NCBI GenBank assembly: GCA_003243965.1
Contig: QHBO01000045.1
Location: 38,552 to 102,551 of the forward strand
Length of the DNA: 64,000 bases
Reading direction: 5' to 3'
Source of the DNA: Chloroflexota bacterium
GTDB taxonomy: Bacteria > Chloroflexota > Limnocylindria > QHBO01
Part shown: piece after piece, positions 45,271-55,822 of the stretch
How the letters are laid out: each line of letters begins with the position of its first letter
Numbering within the stretch: the stretch's first letter is position 1
The notes under the pieces: model-generated
What the model saw: only the letters and a program-made list of their open reading frames with translations
Told to the model about the DNA's origin: nothing
The model's database searches: none
Translations under genes and position numbers: made by a program

Positions 45271-47889
45271 ATGGTCGTAGGGGCAACTGAGGCGAGGCGA
45301 GGCTACGACGCGTTCTACCGCCGTTCGCTCGAGGATCCGGACGGCTTCTGGATGGAGGCCGCCGAGATGATCGGCTGGACGCAGCCGCCCGAGCGCGCTT
45401 TCGAGCAGGCCGAGGCGCAAACGTTCCGATGGTTTCCGGGGGGCCGCACCAACCTGGCGTTCAACGCGCTCGATCGACACGTGGCCGGCGGCCGAGGCGG
45501 GCACCTGGCAATCATTGCGCTCGATGAGCGCGGCGACCGGAGGACCCGCACCTATGCGCAGCTGCTGCAGTCGGTCAGCGAAGCGGCCGCGGCGCTGCGC
45601 GCCATCGGCGTCGGTCGCGGAGACCGGGTCACGATCTACATGCCGACCTGCCTCGAGGCGATCATCGCCATGCTGGCGATCGTTCGCATCGGCGCCATCC
45701 ATTCGGTGGTGTTCGCCGGTTTCGGTGCCGGGGCGCTGCGCGACCGGATCGAGGCGAGCGGCTCGCGCGTGGTGATCACGGCGGACCTGACCTACCGCAA
45801 GGGCAAGGAGATCGACCTGCTGTCGATCGTCGGGGCCGCGCTCGACGAGGGCGCCGGCGGTGTGGAGCACCTCGTCGTCCTCCAGCGAGGCGAACGGCTG
45901 TCGCCGGCGTCCGGCGGTCGCGCCTCGCCGCAGACCATCGGCTGGAACGACTTCACCGCGAAGGGAGCCGGCGGCGACGGCTCACTGGCCGACACGAGCG
46001 CGGACGATCCGGCATTCATCCTCGCGACCTCCGGCACCACCGCCCGGCCGAAGCTTGCCGTCCACCGCCATGGCGGCTACCAGGTCCACATCACCGCCAT
46101 GGGTCGCTGGGTATTCGATCTTGGCGCCGACGACGTGTGGTGGTCAAGCTCGGACATCGGCTGGGTCGTCGGTCACGGGTACATCGTCTACGCGCCGCTG
46201 ATCGCCGGCTGCACCACGATTGCCTACGAAGGTGCGCTCGACGAGCCCGATGCCGACCAGCCGTGGCGGATCATCGAGGCCGAGCGCGTGACGGGGGTCT
46301 TCACCTCCCCCACCGCGGTCCGCCTCCTGATGCGCTATGGCGAGGAGGTCCCGCGCCGGCATGACCTGGCGAGCGTCCGGCGCATCGTGTGTGCCGGCGA
46401 GGTGCTCAATGCCCCGGCCTGGGAGTGGCTCCAGCAACGGGTCTTCGACGACCGCGTGCCGGTCATCGATCACATGTGGCAGACGGAGACCGGAGGTCCG
46501 ATCTTCGGCAACCCATACGGGCTCGACATGCTGCCGATCAAGCCCGGCTCGGCCGGCCTCCCGCTGCCGGGGATCGAGGCGGTTGTGGTCGATGCCGCCG
46601 GTGCGCCGGTCGCCACCGGCGAGAAGGGGATCATGCTCATCCGCCGGCCGTTTCCCGGACTGATCTCGACGCTGTGGGGCGATCCCGACCGTTACCGCGC
46701 CGACTACTGGGACCGCATCCCGGGTGGGTACTACGTCGGTGACGCAGCACACGTCGACGAGGACGGCTACGTCTGGTTCGCCGGCCGGGCCGACGAGATC
46801 ATCAAGACTGCCGGCCATCGGCTCGGCACGATCGAGGTCGAGACCGCGTTCCTGCGCCATCCGGCGGTGGCCGAGGCGGGCGTCACCGGCATCCCGGACG
46901 AGCTGCGCGGCGAGGTGATCGCCGCGTTTGTGGCCCTGCGCGGTGGGCACGAACCGTCCGAGGAGCTGAAGCGCCAGCTGCTGGCAACGGTGCGCGGCGA
47001 GCTCGGGCCGGTGGCGGTCATCGGTAGCTGCTCGTTCGTCGCCACGCTGCCCAAGACGCGGAGTGGCAAGATCATGCGCCGCGTCCTCAAGGCGGTCGCA
47101 CTGGACCGCGATCCGGGCGACATCAGCACCATCGAGGACGAGGGGTCGGTCGAGGAGGCGAGGCAGGCGGTCGCCGACGTGCGGGCGAGCGTCGTTCCCG
47201 GTCAGGTGAGCGCCGGTCGCACCGTCGACGCCGTCTTCTTCGACCTGTTTGGCACCCTCGTTGATCTGGAACCGCTGGCGGCTGCCTGCGAGGCCGCGGC
47301 TCGGAGCCGAGGCACCGAGCTGGCCGCGGGCTGGCGAGCGCGCCAGCTGGAGATCAGCTGGCTCCGAACCGCGATGTCGGCATTCGTCGACTTCGACCAG
47401 GTGACGAGCGACGCACTGGACGCCGCGCTCGATGAGCTCGATCTAGGCCTGGCGCCCCCCGCGCGCCAGGCACTGGGCCGCGCATTCGAGGAGCTGCCGC
47501 TGCACGCCAACGCCCGCGCAAGCCTCGACGCGCTTCGCGCGCTTGGCCTGCGCACCGGAGTGCTGACCAACGCGGCGCGTGGGACGCTGCAGCGCGTGCT
47601 CGCGCGGATCCGGCTCAACGGCGCGGTCGACCACGCGCTCTCGGTCGACGCCGTGCGGCGGTTCAAGCCCGATCCGGCGGCCTACCGCCTGGCAGCCGAG
47701 GCGACGGGCCTCGAGGCGGAACGGATCGGGTTCGTGACCAGCAACGGCTGGGACGCCGCCGGGGCGGGCGCGTTCGGCTTCCGTGTGGCATGGCTGCAGC
47801 CGACGTCGCGTGCCCGTCTGCCGCGCGTCGGTGCTCCGGAGCCAACGGTCGCAACCTGGCAGTCCGTGGTCGACCTGTTTCGCGACTGA
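45271..47889 (+). CDS. acs: Acetyl-CoA synthetase fused in frame to a type II haloacid dehalogenase (HAD domain from ~47206)
   Basis: TSGTT..PK, DIGWVVGH, WQTETGG, GRAD and LPKTRSGKIMRR; then FFDLFGTLVD, FKPDPAAY and SNGWD. Confidence 0.88.
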   Translation: MVVGATEARRGYDAFYRRSLEDPDGFWMEAAEMIGWTQPPERAFEQAEAQTFRWFPGGRTNLAFNALDRHVAGGRGGHLAIIALDERGDRRTRTYAQLLQSVSEAAAALRAIGVGRGDRVTIYMPTCLEAIIAMLAIVRIGAIHSVVFAGFGAGALRDRIEASGSRVVITADLTYRKGKEIDLLSIVGAALDEGAGGVEHLVVLQRGERLSPASGGRASPQTIGWNDFTAKGAGGDGSLADTSADDPAFILATSGTTARPKLAVHRHGGYQVHITAMGRWVFDLGADDVWWSSSDIGWVVGHGYIVYAPLIAGCTTIAYEGALDEPDADQPWRIIEAERVTGVFTSPTAVRLLMRYGEEVPRRHDLASVRRIVCAGEVLNAPAWEWLQQRVFDDRVPVIDHMWQTETGGPIFGNPYGLDMLPIKPGSAGLPLPGIEAVVVDAAGAPVATGEKGIMLIRRPFPGLISTLWGDPDRYRADYWDRIPGGYYVGDAAHVDEDGYVWFAGRADEIIKTAGHRLGTIEVETAFLRHPAVAEAGVTGIPDELRGEVIAAFVALRGGHEPSEELKRQLLATVRGELGPVAVIGSCSFVATLPKTRSGKIMRRVLKAVALDRDPGDISTIEDEGSVEEARQAVADVRASVVPGQVSAGRTVDAVFFDLFGTLVDLEPLAAACEAAARSRGTELAAGWRARQLEISWLRTAMSAFVDFDQVTSDALDAALDELDLGLAPPARQALGRAFEELPLHANARASLDALRALGLRTGVLTNAARGTLQRVLARIRLNGAVDHALSVDAVRRFKPDPAAYRLAAEATGLEAERIGFVTSNGWDAAGAGAFGFRVAWLQPTSRARLPRVGAPEPTVATWQSVVDLFRD

Positions 47890-48042
47890 CCGCTCCGGTC
47901 GAGCGGGCGCCGGCGCCTGGCTGGCCGCGCCTGGTTGTCGGAGATCGGTCGTGCGAGACGAGCACATCCCGGATCGCTGGTGCGCAGTAGTCTTCGCGCA
48001 CGCACACGCGCTGGAATCACGTGCTGGAATGGGGAGTTGTCA

Positions 48043-48261
48043 ATGGCTGGGATGGAGAACGACCTCTACAAGCTGAATGGGATTGGGCCCAAGCACACCG
48101 AGATGCTCGAAAGCATCGGGGTCGATTCGATCAAGGAGCTGAGCCACCGGAATGCGGCATCTCTGAAGGAGATGATCGAGTCGCGTCACGGGAAGGTCAT
48201 CGGTCTTTCGGAGGGATCAGTCCAGGGCTGGATTGACCAGGCAAAGGCCTTGCAGAAGTAG
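48043..48261 (+). CDS. DUF4332-like helix-hairpin-helix small protein
   Basis: DL..LNGIGP....LES.GVDSIKEL..RN...L...WIDQAK; GGGGAG RBS. Confidence 0.8.
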   Translation: MAGMENDLYKLNGIGPKHTEMLESIGVDSIKELSHRNAASLKEMIESRHGKVIGLSEGSVQGWIDQAKALQK

Positions 48262-48328
48262 GCTCGCCCGGCGGCTGAACGTCGACCTGCCGCGCGGTCC
48301 ACAACCCGCCACCAAGAGGCGTGTCCGC

Positions 48329-49894
48329 ATGCCGGATCAGTCGTTTGCAGGGGAGATCGGCACCGCTTACGGGTTCACTGAGCCTGTCCTCGAATATGGC
48401 GCCGCCTCGCTGAACGGCGGCGCCGAACCGGCTGCCCGGGTGCGGGTGCCGCTTCGGATGATCAATCGCCACGGTCTCGTCGCCGGCGCGACGGGGACCG
48501 GCAAGACGAAGACGCTGCAGATGCTCACCGAGCAGCTGTCCGACTCGGGCGTCCCCGTCTTCCTGGTCGACATCAAGGGCGACATCTCCGGAGTTGGGGC
48601 CCCGGGCCAATCCGGCGACCGGATCACGGCCAGGCTGGCCCAGATCGGACAGACAGATTGGGCGCCGCAGGCCTACCCCGTGGAGTTCCTGACGTTGAAC
48701 CGCGGCGGCAGCGGCGTGCGGCTCCGCGCGACGGTCAGCTCGTTCGGCCCCATCCTGCTCGCCAAGGTGCTGGACCTGAACGAGACGCAGCAGAGCGTTC
48801 TCGCCCTCGTGTTCAAGTACGCCGATGACCAGAAGCTGCCGCTGGTCGACCTCTCCGACCTGCGCTCCACGCTCAACTACCTGAACGGTGACGCCGGCCA
48901 GGCCGCGATGGCCGAGTACGGTGGTCTGTCGACCGCAACCGTCGGGGTCATGATCCGCAAGATCGTCGAGCTCGAGCAGCAGGAAGCAGACGCCTTCTTC
49001 GGGCAGCCCGAGTTCGACATCGGCGATCTGATTCGCACTGCGCCTAACGGCCGTGGCGTGGTGAGCGTGCTGGAAGTCGCGGACATGCAGGACCGGCCCA
49101 AGCTGTTCAGCACATTCATGATGTGGCTGCTGGCGGCGGTCTACCACCATCTGCCGGAGGTGGGTGATCTCGACAAGCCAAAGCTGGTGTTCTTTTTCGA
49201 CGAGGCGCATCTCCTGTTCGAGGGCGCGAACCCCAGCTTCCTCGACCAGATCGAGATGGTCGCGCGTCTGATCCGCAGCAAGGGGGTCGGCGTCTACTTC
49301 GTCACCCAGTCCCCAAGCGACGTTCCGCCGAGCGTTCTGGCTCAACTGGGCAATCGCGTTCAGCATGCGCTGCGCGCTTTCACCCCGGACGACCAGAAGC
49401 GGATCGACCAGACGGCCCGAACGTTCCCCTCCACGACGCACTACGACGTTGCCAAGGAGCTCACCTCGCTCGGCATCGGTGAAGCCCTCATCACCGTGAT
49501 GTCACCGGCCGGCGTGCCAACGCCGACGGTCCACACCATCATGCGGCCCCCGCGGTCGTTGATGGCCCAGCTCGATCCGGCGGCCTTCGCCGCGGCGGTC
49601 GCCGCCTCTCCGATTGCAGGGCGCTATGCAAGCGACATCGACCCCGAGTCGGCCAAGGAGATGCTCGCGGCTCGGATGGAGCAGGCAGCGGCCGAAGCAC
49701 CCCAGCCACAGGGCACCAGCGCTGACGCCACCCCCGAGCCCAGCCAGGGGATGGATTGGGCGCAGGCGGCCAGGATCGGGACGCGGGTCCTGACCAGCTC
49801 GACCACCAACACGCTGCTGCGGGGCGTGTTCGGGATCCTCGGAGGCGGAGCCGCTCGACGGACCACTCGACGGACCACACGCCGGCGACGCTGA
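48329..49894 (+). CDS. DUF853/YjgR HerA-like ATPase
   Basis: NRHGLVAGATGTGKTKT, FFDEAHLLF, RLIRSKGVG and LGNRVQHALRAFTP motifs. Confidence 0.92.
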   Translation: MPDQSFAGEIGTAYGFTEPVLEYGAASLNGGAEPAARVRVPLRMINRHGLVAGATGTGKTKTLQMLTEQLSDSGVPVFLVDIKGDISGVGAPGQSGDRITARLAQIGQTDWAPQAYPVEFLTLNRGGSGVRLRATVSSFGPILLAKVLDLNETQQSVLALVFKYADDQKLPLVDLSDLRSTLNYLNGDAGQAAMAEYGGLSTATVGVMIRKIVELEQQEADAFFGQPEFDIGDLIRTAPNGRGVVSVLEVADMQDRPKLFSTFMMWLLAAVYHHLPEVGDLDKPKLVFFFDEAHLLFEGANPSFLDQIEMVARLIRSKGVGVYFVTQSPSDVPPSVLAQLGNRVQHALRAFTPDDQKRIDQTARTFPSTTHYDVAKELTSLGIGEALITVMSPAGVPTPTVHTIMRPPRSLMAQLDPAAFAAAVAASPIAGRYASDIDPESAKEMLAARMEQAAAEAPQPQGTSADATPEPSQGMDWAQAARIGTRVLTSSTTNTLLRGVFGILGGGAARRTTRRTTRRRR

Positions 49895-50028
49895 CCGCGG
49901 CCCAACCCGCGCCCGCGTTCCACTATCTCGACGGGCGACCGCCCCCTGGGTCGCCGATTCGGTCCCCGCCCAGCCGGGCGCTCCACTGCGATCGTGGCAC
50001 GCAATCTGCAGCCACGGCTCGTCCAGCG

Positions 50029-50042
50029 CGTAACCGTTTTCA
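50029..50042. promoter_or_regulatory. LacI-type operator CGTAACCGTTTTCA
   Basis: CG-centred pseudo-palindrome ~30 nt upstream of the lacI-family gene. Confidence 0.65.
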
Positions 50043-50071
50043 TTGGCCCACGAGTCACTGCGGGAGAGCAG

Positions 50072-51106
50072 ATGCGCGGGACGACCATCCGAGACGTTGC
50101 CAGGCGGGCGGGGGTCTCGATCGCCACCGTGTCGCGCGTCCAGCGCGGGAGCGCCCCGGTCGCGGATGACACGCGCGACCGAGTGGCCGCCGCGATCGAG
50201 GCACTGCGCTACGTCCCAAACCGTCTCGGACGGGGCCTCGCCGAGCGGCGACATCGGGCGATGGGGATCGTCTTCCCAGACCTGTCGGGACCGTACTTCT
50301 CAGAGGTGATCGGCGGCTTCGAAACGGCCGCCACCGATGACGACCACGGCGTGATGGTCCTCTCCACGCACGGCCGTGAGGCGGCGGCTGATCGCGTCCG
50401 CGACCTGGCTTCGCGCGTCGACGGGCTCCTGATCCTGGGCCGAACCGTGCCCGACGAAGTGATCCGCGACCTGCACGAGGCCGGCAGACCGATCGTCCTG
50501 CTGGCCCGACCACCGGTCGGGGACACGGATGCAGTGCGTGCGGAGAACCGCGCCACGGCAGCCAGGCTTGCCCTCCACCTGATCGACGTCCACGGGCATC
50601 GCCGCATCGCCTTCCTTGGCGACCCCGACTCGTCTCCCGACGGTGCCGAGCGGTGGGATGGCTTCGTCGCCGCCCACCGGTCTCGCGGCCTGGCCGGACC
50701 GGATGGCCCGATACGGAGCCTGTATCGACAGGCCGAGGGTTATGCGGCCGCGCGACTCGCGCTCATGGCGGTCGATGCGCGCGAGCCGCCGACGGCGCTC
50801 TTCTGCGGCAACGACGAGATCGCTCTGGGCACCTATCGGGCTGCCACGGAGCTTCACCGGCGGGTCGGCCACGACCTGGCGATCACCGGTTGGGACGACA
50901 TTCCGACGGCGCGCTATCTCGCGCCCGCGCTCACGACGGTGCGACAGCCGATGCGTGAGCTCGGGCTTTGGGCGGCACGCGCACTGTTTGCGCGAATCCA
51001 TGGGGGCGGCGGACCACCGAGACACGAGGTGTTGCCGACGCAGGTCGTGCTGAGAGCCAGCTGCGGATGCGCGACGACCCCGATGCAGGAGGAACCTGAG
51101 CGATGA
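50072..51106 (+). CDS. LacI-family transcriptional regulator
   Basis: TIRDVARRAGVSIATVSRV, NDEIALG, GWDD and PALTTVRQP motifs. Confidence 0.95.
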   Translation: MRGTTIRDVARRAGVSIATVSRVQRGSAPVADDTRDRVAAAIEALRYVPNRLGRGLAERRHRAMGIVFPDLSGPYFSEVIGGFETAATDDDHGVMVLSTHGREAAADRVRDLASRVDGLLILGRTVPDEVIRDLHEAGRPIVLLARPPVGDTDAVRAENRATAARLALHLIDVHGHRRIAFLGDPDSSPDGAERWDGFVAAHRSRGLAGPDGPIRSLYRQAEGYAAARLALMAVDAREPPTALFCGNDEIALGTYRAATELHRRVGHDLAITGWDDIPTARYLAPALTTVRQPMRELGLWAARALFARIHGGGGPPRHEVLPTQVVLRASCGCATTPMQEEPER

Positions 51107-52377
51107 CTGACTGGCGACGAACGGCGCCGTTGGCGCTGTGCATGGTACTGGTGCTGGCGGCCTGCGGCCGCAGCGAGAGCACGCCGGGCGCCGGGGGCGC
51201 GTCCCAAACCGGTGGGTCACAGCCCGCCGCCGGCGGGGGGCCGGTGACCGGCACCCTCGACGTGTGGGCGATGGGGACCGAGGGCGAGAAGCTCTCGGTG
51301 CTGGCCAAGGACTTCATGGCCGCCAATCCGGGCGTCACGGTGAAGGTCACCGCCATCCCCTGGGACGCCGCGCACGACAAGATCCGCAATGCGCTGACCA
51401 CCACCGGTCCCGACGTGACGCTGGTCGGCACGACCTGGATGGGCGAGTTCGCAAAGCTCGGTGGCCTGGACAAGACGCCGTCGGACATCGACAAGGGCCA
51501 GTTCTACGAGGGCGCCTGGAACTCGACCGTCGTCGGCGGCGCAAGCTACGGGGTGCCGTGGTACGTCGAGACCCGGGTCCTGTACTACAACACCGATCTG
51601 GCCAAGAAGGGCGGGATGAGCGACGCTCCCAAGAACTGGAACGACCTCAAAGCGCTGGCCCAGGATCTGAAGAAGGCGGGCGCCAAGTCTGCCATCGAGC
51701 TCCAGCCGGGTGGCACCGGCTCGTGGCAGACATTCATGCCCTTCTTCTGGCAGAAGGGTGGCGAGATCATGGACGGCTCCGGCAAGTTCACGCTGAACAG
51801 CCAGGCGTGCACCGACGCCCTGACCTACTACCAGTCCTTCTTCAAGGAAGGGTTGGCGACCAAGGCAGCGGCCGACACCCCGATGGAGGCGCGGTTCGCG
51901 AAGGGCCAGGTCGGCGCGTTCATCAGCGGTCCCTGGATGATCCAGGTCGTGACCGATGCGGGCGCCAAGGCCGGCACGTTCACGGTCGCGCCGCAGCCCA
52001 AGGAGCAGTCGGGCACCTCGTTCGTCGGCGGCGGCGATCTCGCGGTCCTCGCCAACTCGAACAACAAGCCGGCAGCGTGGGCATTCGTCAAGTACCTGAG
52101 CAAGCCCGAGGTCCAGGTGAAGTGGTACGCGACGGTCAAGGACCTTCCCGCCGTCAAGTCGGCCTGGAGCGACCAGACGCTATCGGGCGACAAGCTGCTC
52201 AAGGTCTTCGGCGATCAGCTGAATGACGCCAAGGCACCGCCGGCCATCCCGAAGTGGGAGGAGATCGCGGCGCAGATCGACACTGCCATCGAGCAGGTGA
52301 CCGTGGGCAGCATGTCGCCTGCGGATGGCTGCAAGTCGATGCAGGACCAGGCCACCTCCATCGGTTCTGGATCCTAG
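51103..52377 (+). CDS. Sugar ABC transporter substrate-binding lipoprotein
   Basis: LAAC lipobox; CUT1 SBP motifs (YGVPWYVETR..YYN, SGPW). Confidence 0.93.
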   Translation: MTDWRRTAPLALCMVLVLAACGRSESTPGAGGASQTGGSQPAAGGGPVTGTLDVWAMGTEGEKLSVLAKDFMAANPGVTVKVTAIPWDAAHDKIRNALTTTGPDVTLVGTTWMGEFAKLGGLDKTPSDIDKGQFYEGAWNSTVVGGASYGVPWYVETRVLYYNTDLAKKGGMSDAPKNWNDLKALAQDLKKAGAKSAIELQPGGTGSWQTFMPFFWQKGGEIMDGSGKFTLNSQACTDALTYYQSFFKEGLATKAAADTPMEARFAKGQVGAFISGPWMIQVVTDAGAKAGTFTVAPQPKEQSGTSFVGGGDLAVLANSNNKPAAWAFVKYLSKPEVQVKWYATVKDLPAVKSAWSDQTLSGDKLLKVFGDQLNDAKAPPAIPKWEEIAAQIDTAIEQVTVGSMSPADGCKSMQDQATSIGSGS

Positions 52378-52380
52378 GTC

Positions 52381-53313
52381 ATGAGCGGCCGCACGGCCGA
52401 CGCCATGGGGGCGAGCGCCGCCCCCATGGCCGGACGTTCGCGAGGGCGCGAGGCGCTGATCGCCTGGAGCTTCGCGATTCCCTTCGTGGTCCTGTTCCTG
52501 GTGTTCATGGCCGGGCCGATCCTGGTCGCCTTCGTCGTGTCGTTCACCGACATGCAGTCGACCGATCTGCGCCACCCGCTCAGCGTCAACTTCGTCGGGC
52601 TCAACGACTATCTCAAGGTGCTGGGCGATCCCAAGTTTCAGCACGCCGCGGCCAACACCGCGGTCTTCGTCGTCTTCGGGATCCCGCTGACCATGGCGCT
52701 CGGGCTTCTCGCCGCGGTCGGGCTGAACCAGGCGATCGTGAAGTTTCGGACGGTGTTCCGGGTCGGCTACTACCTGCCGGTGGTCACCAGCATCGTGGCC
52801 ATTGCCATCATCTGGCGGCTGCTGCTGGCCAAGGACTCGGGCCTCGTCAACTCGCTGCTCGGCACGGCCGGTATCGGCGGCCACGGATGGCTGACCGATC
52901 GCCACCTCGCGCTCTGGTCATTGATCGTCATGACCGCCTGGCGCAACCTCGGCTTCCAGATGGTGATCTTCCTCGCCGGCCTGCAGGCGATCTCGCCGGA
53001 GCTCTACGAGGCGGCGGAGGTTGACGGTGCCTCGAGCTGGCAGCGCTTCCGGCGGATCACCCTCCCCTTGCTGCGGCCGACGCTTCTCTTCTCGGCGGTG
53101 ATCACCAGCATCGGCTACCTCCAGTTCTTCGAGGAGCCGTTCGTGATGACCAAGGGCGGGCCGCTGGACGCCACCCTCTCGCTCGCCTTCTACGCGTACA
53201 ACCAGTTCAGCTTCGGCAACTACGGACTCACCGCGGCGATCGCCTACATCCTGTTCGTCGCGATCGCGCTGCTGACCCTGTTCCAGTTCCGGCTCTTCCG
53301 GTCCGAGTCGTGA
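52381..53313 (+). CDS. Sugar ABC transporter permease
   Basis: ELYEAAEVDGA EAA loop; multiple TMs. Confidence 0.95.
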   Translation: MSGRTADAMGASAAPMAGRSRGREALIAWSFAIPFVVLFLVFMAGPILVAFVVSFTDMQSTDLRHPLSVNFVGLNDYLKVLGDPKFQHAAANTAVFVVFGIPLTMALGLLAAVGLNQAIVKFRTVFRVGYYLPVVTSIVAIAIIWRLLLAKDSGLVNSLLGTAGIGGHGWLTDRHLALWSLIVMTAWRNLGFQMVIFLAGLQAISPELYEAAEVDGASSWQRFRRITLPLLRPTLLFSAVITSIGYLQFFEEPFVMTKGGPLDATLSLAFYAYNQFSFGNYGLTAAIAYILFVAIALLTLFQFRLFRSES

Positions 53314-53327
53314 GGAGGTCCTGACCG

Positions 53328-54224
53328 ATGGCCACCCTCGGCCCCGCACGCGAGCTGCCGCCGGTCGCCGGGCGATCGGGGCGGCGCCATTCCGACCGGC
53401 TCCGACGCGGCCGGTCAGCGGTGTGGCTGTACATCGCCCTTGCGCTTGGCCTGGTGCTGATGGTCGGGCCATTCATCTACATGCTGCTCGGATCGTTCAA
53501 GACGACCGGCGAGCTTCGCCAGGTGCCGCCCACCTGGTGGCCGCAGCAGTTCACGCTGAGCAACTACACCGATCTGTTCAGCCGTCTGAACTTCAGCCGC
53601 TTCTTCTTCAACTCGGCCGCCGTCGCGGCCGCGATCACCGCGGGCAACCTGCTGTTCTGCTCGATGCTCGGCTACGCATTGGCGAAGCTGCGCTTCCCCG
53701 GCAAGCGGGCGCTCTTCGCACTGGTGCTCGGCACGCTGATGGTGCCGGGGATCGTGACCTTCATGCCGCTCTTCGTGCTCGTCGCGAACATGGGACTGGT
53801 CAACACCCACGCCGGCCTCATCCTGCCGTTCCTGGCCGGTGCCTTCGGCGTCTTCCTGATGCGCCAGTTCATCTCCGGCATTCCGGACGAGCTGCTGGAT
53901 GCCGCCCGGGTCGACGGCGCGGGCGAATACCACATCTTCTTCCGGATCATCCTGCCGCTGTGCGGCGCTCCGCTGGCCACGCTCGGGATCCTCACCTTCC
54001 TGGCCAGCTGGAACAACTTCCTCTGGCCGCTGGTGGTGGCGCAGACCGAGGACATGTACACGCTGCCGGTGGCCGTCGCGCTGTTCGCCACAGGCCAGCA
54101 GACCTCGAACCTCGGCCTGCTCCTGGCCGGTGCGGTGGTCGTCGTGCTCCCCGTGCTGCTGGTCTTCATCGTCCTGCAGCGGTTCTTCACGCAGGGCATC
54201 GCGATGACCGGCATCAAGGGCTGA
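53328..54224 (+). CDS. Sugar ABC transporter permease
   Basis: ELLDAARVDGA, WNNFLWP and C-terminal GIKG. Confidence 0.95.
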   Translation: MATLGPARELPPVAGRSGRRHSDRLRRGRSAVWLYIALALGLVLMVGPFIYMLLGSFKTTGELRQVPPTWWPQQFTLSNYTDLFSRLNFSRFFFNSAAVAAAITAGNLLFCSMLGYALAKLRFPGKRALFALVLGTLMVPGIVTFMPLFVLVANMGLVNTHAGLILPFLAGAFGVFLMRQFISGIPDELLDAARVDGAGEYHIFFRIILPLCGAPLATLGILTFLASWNNFLWPLVVAQTEDMYTLPVAVALFATGQQTSNLGLLLAGAVVVVLPVLLVFIVLQRFFTQGIAMTGIKG

Positions 54225-54250
54225 GGACAGCACACCTGGAGGGCTGACCG

Positions 54251-55822
54251 ATGAGCAACCGCTTCCGTCTCTGCATGGCGACGCTCGTCACCGTTGCGCT
54301 CAGCGCATCGGTCCCGGCGGTCGCCGCCGCGTCCGACACGAAGACCGCCGATTCGGCGGCGCTGCGGACCTGGGCCGCCGACACCTGGCGCTCGTTCGAC
54401 GCCATGGTCGCGCCGCGCACCGGCCTGCCGGCCGATCACATCGACGGCTCGCTGAGCCGTTCGAGCGCATCCCGCTACACCTCACCGACGAACATCGGCA
54501 TGTACATCTGGGCAACCGTCGCTGCTCGCGACCTGGGGCTGATCACCGCCGGGCAGGCGCGCACCCGCCTCGCCAAGACGCTCGGCACGCTCGCGCACAT
54601 GGCGCGCCACCCGGCCTCGGGCATGTTCTACAACTGGTACGACCCACGCACCGGCGCAAAGATCACGACTTGGCCCGAGCCACCCAACAATCCGGTGGAG
54701 CCGTTCCTGTCGAGCGTCGATAACGGCTGGCTCGCATCGGCGCTGATCATGGTCGCCAACGCCGAGCCGCGGCTCCACGCACGGGCGTGGGCGCTGGTGA
54801 CCAAGATGGATTTCGGGTTCTATTACGACCCGAACGGCAACCCGGACGCGAACACCGGGCTCATCCGGGGCGGCTTCTGGGATCAGAAACCAGCCGGCTG
54901 CTCGGTGCAGGGCAACTATCGCGGACGCGGCCCGGACGTGTACTACACGTGCCACCACTACGGGTCGTTCAACACCGAGCCGCGGATCGCGTCCTACATC
55001 GGCATCGCGCTGGGCCAGATCCCCGCGGACCACTACTTCGGCGGCTGGCGCACGTTCCCCAACACCTGCGACTGGAGTTGGCCGGAGATGCGTCCCGAGG
55101 GCGGTTGGCGTGATTACGTGGCCAACGGCAAGACGGTGCATGTCTTCGAAGGAACGTACCGCTACGCCGACAAGCGATTCGTGCCGACCTGGGGGGGCAG
55201 CATGTTCGAGGCGCTGATGGTCCCGCTGGTGGTCCCGGAGGAGCAATGGGGCACGAACAGCTGGGCTCGCACTCACCCGCTGTACGTCGAGGCACAGCAG
55301 CAGTACGGCCTCGCCGAGGCGAAGTACGGGTACTGGGGGTTCTCGCCGTCCAGCGATCCCGCCGGAGGCTACCGCGAGTACGGGGTTGACGCGCTCGGCA
55401 TGGAGCCGAACGGCTACACCTCGGACGCGGCCCGCCGGACGCTCGTCGACTACGGCTGGAACGATCCGGCATGCCCGCGTGCCCCTGCACCGATCACCGA
55501 CTACGACGGCGGAGTGGTGACACCCCACGCCAGCTTCCTTGCGCTCGACTTCGACCGGATCGGATCGATGGCCAACCTGCGCGCCCTGCGAGCCGGCTTC
55601 CCTGGCCTCTATGGCCGCGGTGGCTTCAAGGACGCCGTCAACGTGTCGACCGGCCAGGTGGCCGATCGGTACCTGTCGCTCGACCAGGGGATGGTGATGG
55701 CTGCCATCGCCAACGAGCTGACCGGTGACCGCTTCCAGCGTTACGTCGCGACCACGCTGGAGCCGACCCTCCGCCCGCTGATGGCAATGGAGGTGTTCAA
55801 CGCCGGCCGCGTCGGCCCGTGA
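54251..55822 (+). CDS. Secreted 'glucoamylase family'/DUF3131 protein, probable beta-1,2-glucanase clan (GH144/GH189-related)
   Basis: Signal peptide; YTSPTNIG, SSVDNGWL, WGGSMFEALM, VVTPHAS and LDQGM motifs resemble the cyclic beta-1,2-glucan synthase middle domain. Confidence 0.75.
   Translation: MSNRFRLCMATLVTVALSASVPAVAAASDTKTADSAALRTWAADTWRSFDAMVAPRTGLPADHIDGSLSRSSASRYTSPTNIGMYIWATVAARDLGLITAGQARTRLAKTLGTLAHMARHPASGMFYNWYDPRTGAKITTWPEPPNNPVEPFLSSVDNGWLASALIMVANAEPRLHARAWALVTKMDFGFYYDPNGNPDANTGLIRGGFWDQKPAGCSVQGNYRGRGPDVYYTCHHYGSFNTEPRIASYIGIALGQIPADHYFGGWRTFPNTCDWSWPEMRPEGGWRDYVANGKTVHVFEGTYRYADKRFVPTWGGSMFEALMVPLVVPEEQWGTNSWARTHPLYVEAQQQYGLAEAKYGYWGFSPSSDPAGGYREYGVDALGMEPNGYTSDAARRTLVDYGWNDPACPRAPAPITDYDGGVVTPHASFLALDFDRIGSMANLRALRAGFPGLYGRGGFKDAVNVSTGQVADRYLSLDQGMVMAAIANELTGDRFQRYVATTLEPTLRPLMAMEVFNAGRVGP

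Noticed and set aside
48329..49894. HerA-based anti-phage system
   Set aside because: It is a DUF853/YjgR-type ATPase with no adjacent nuclease or Sir2 partner.
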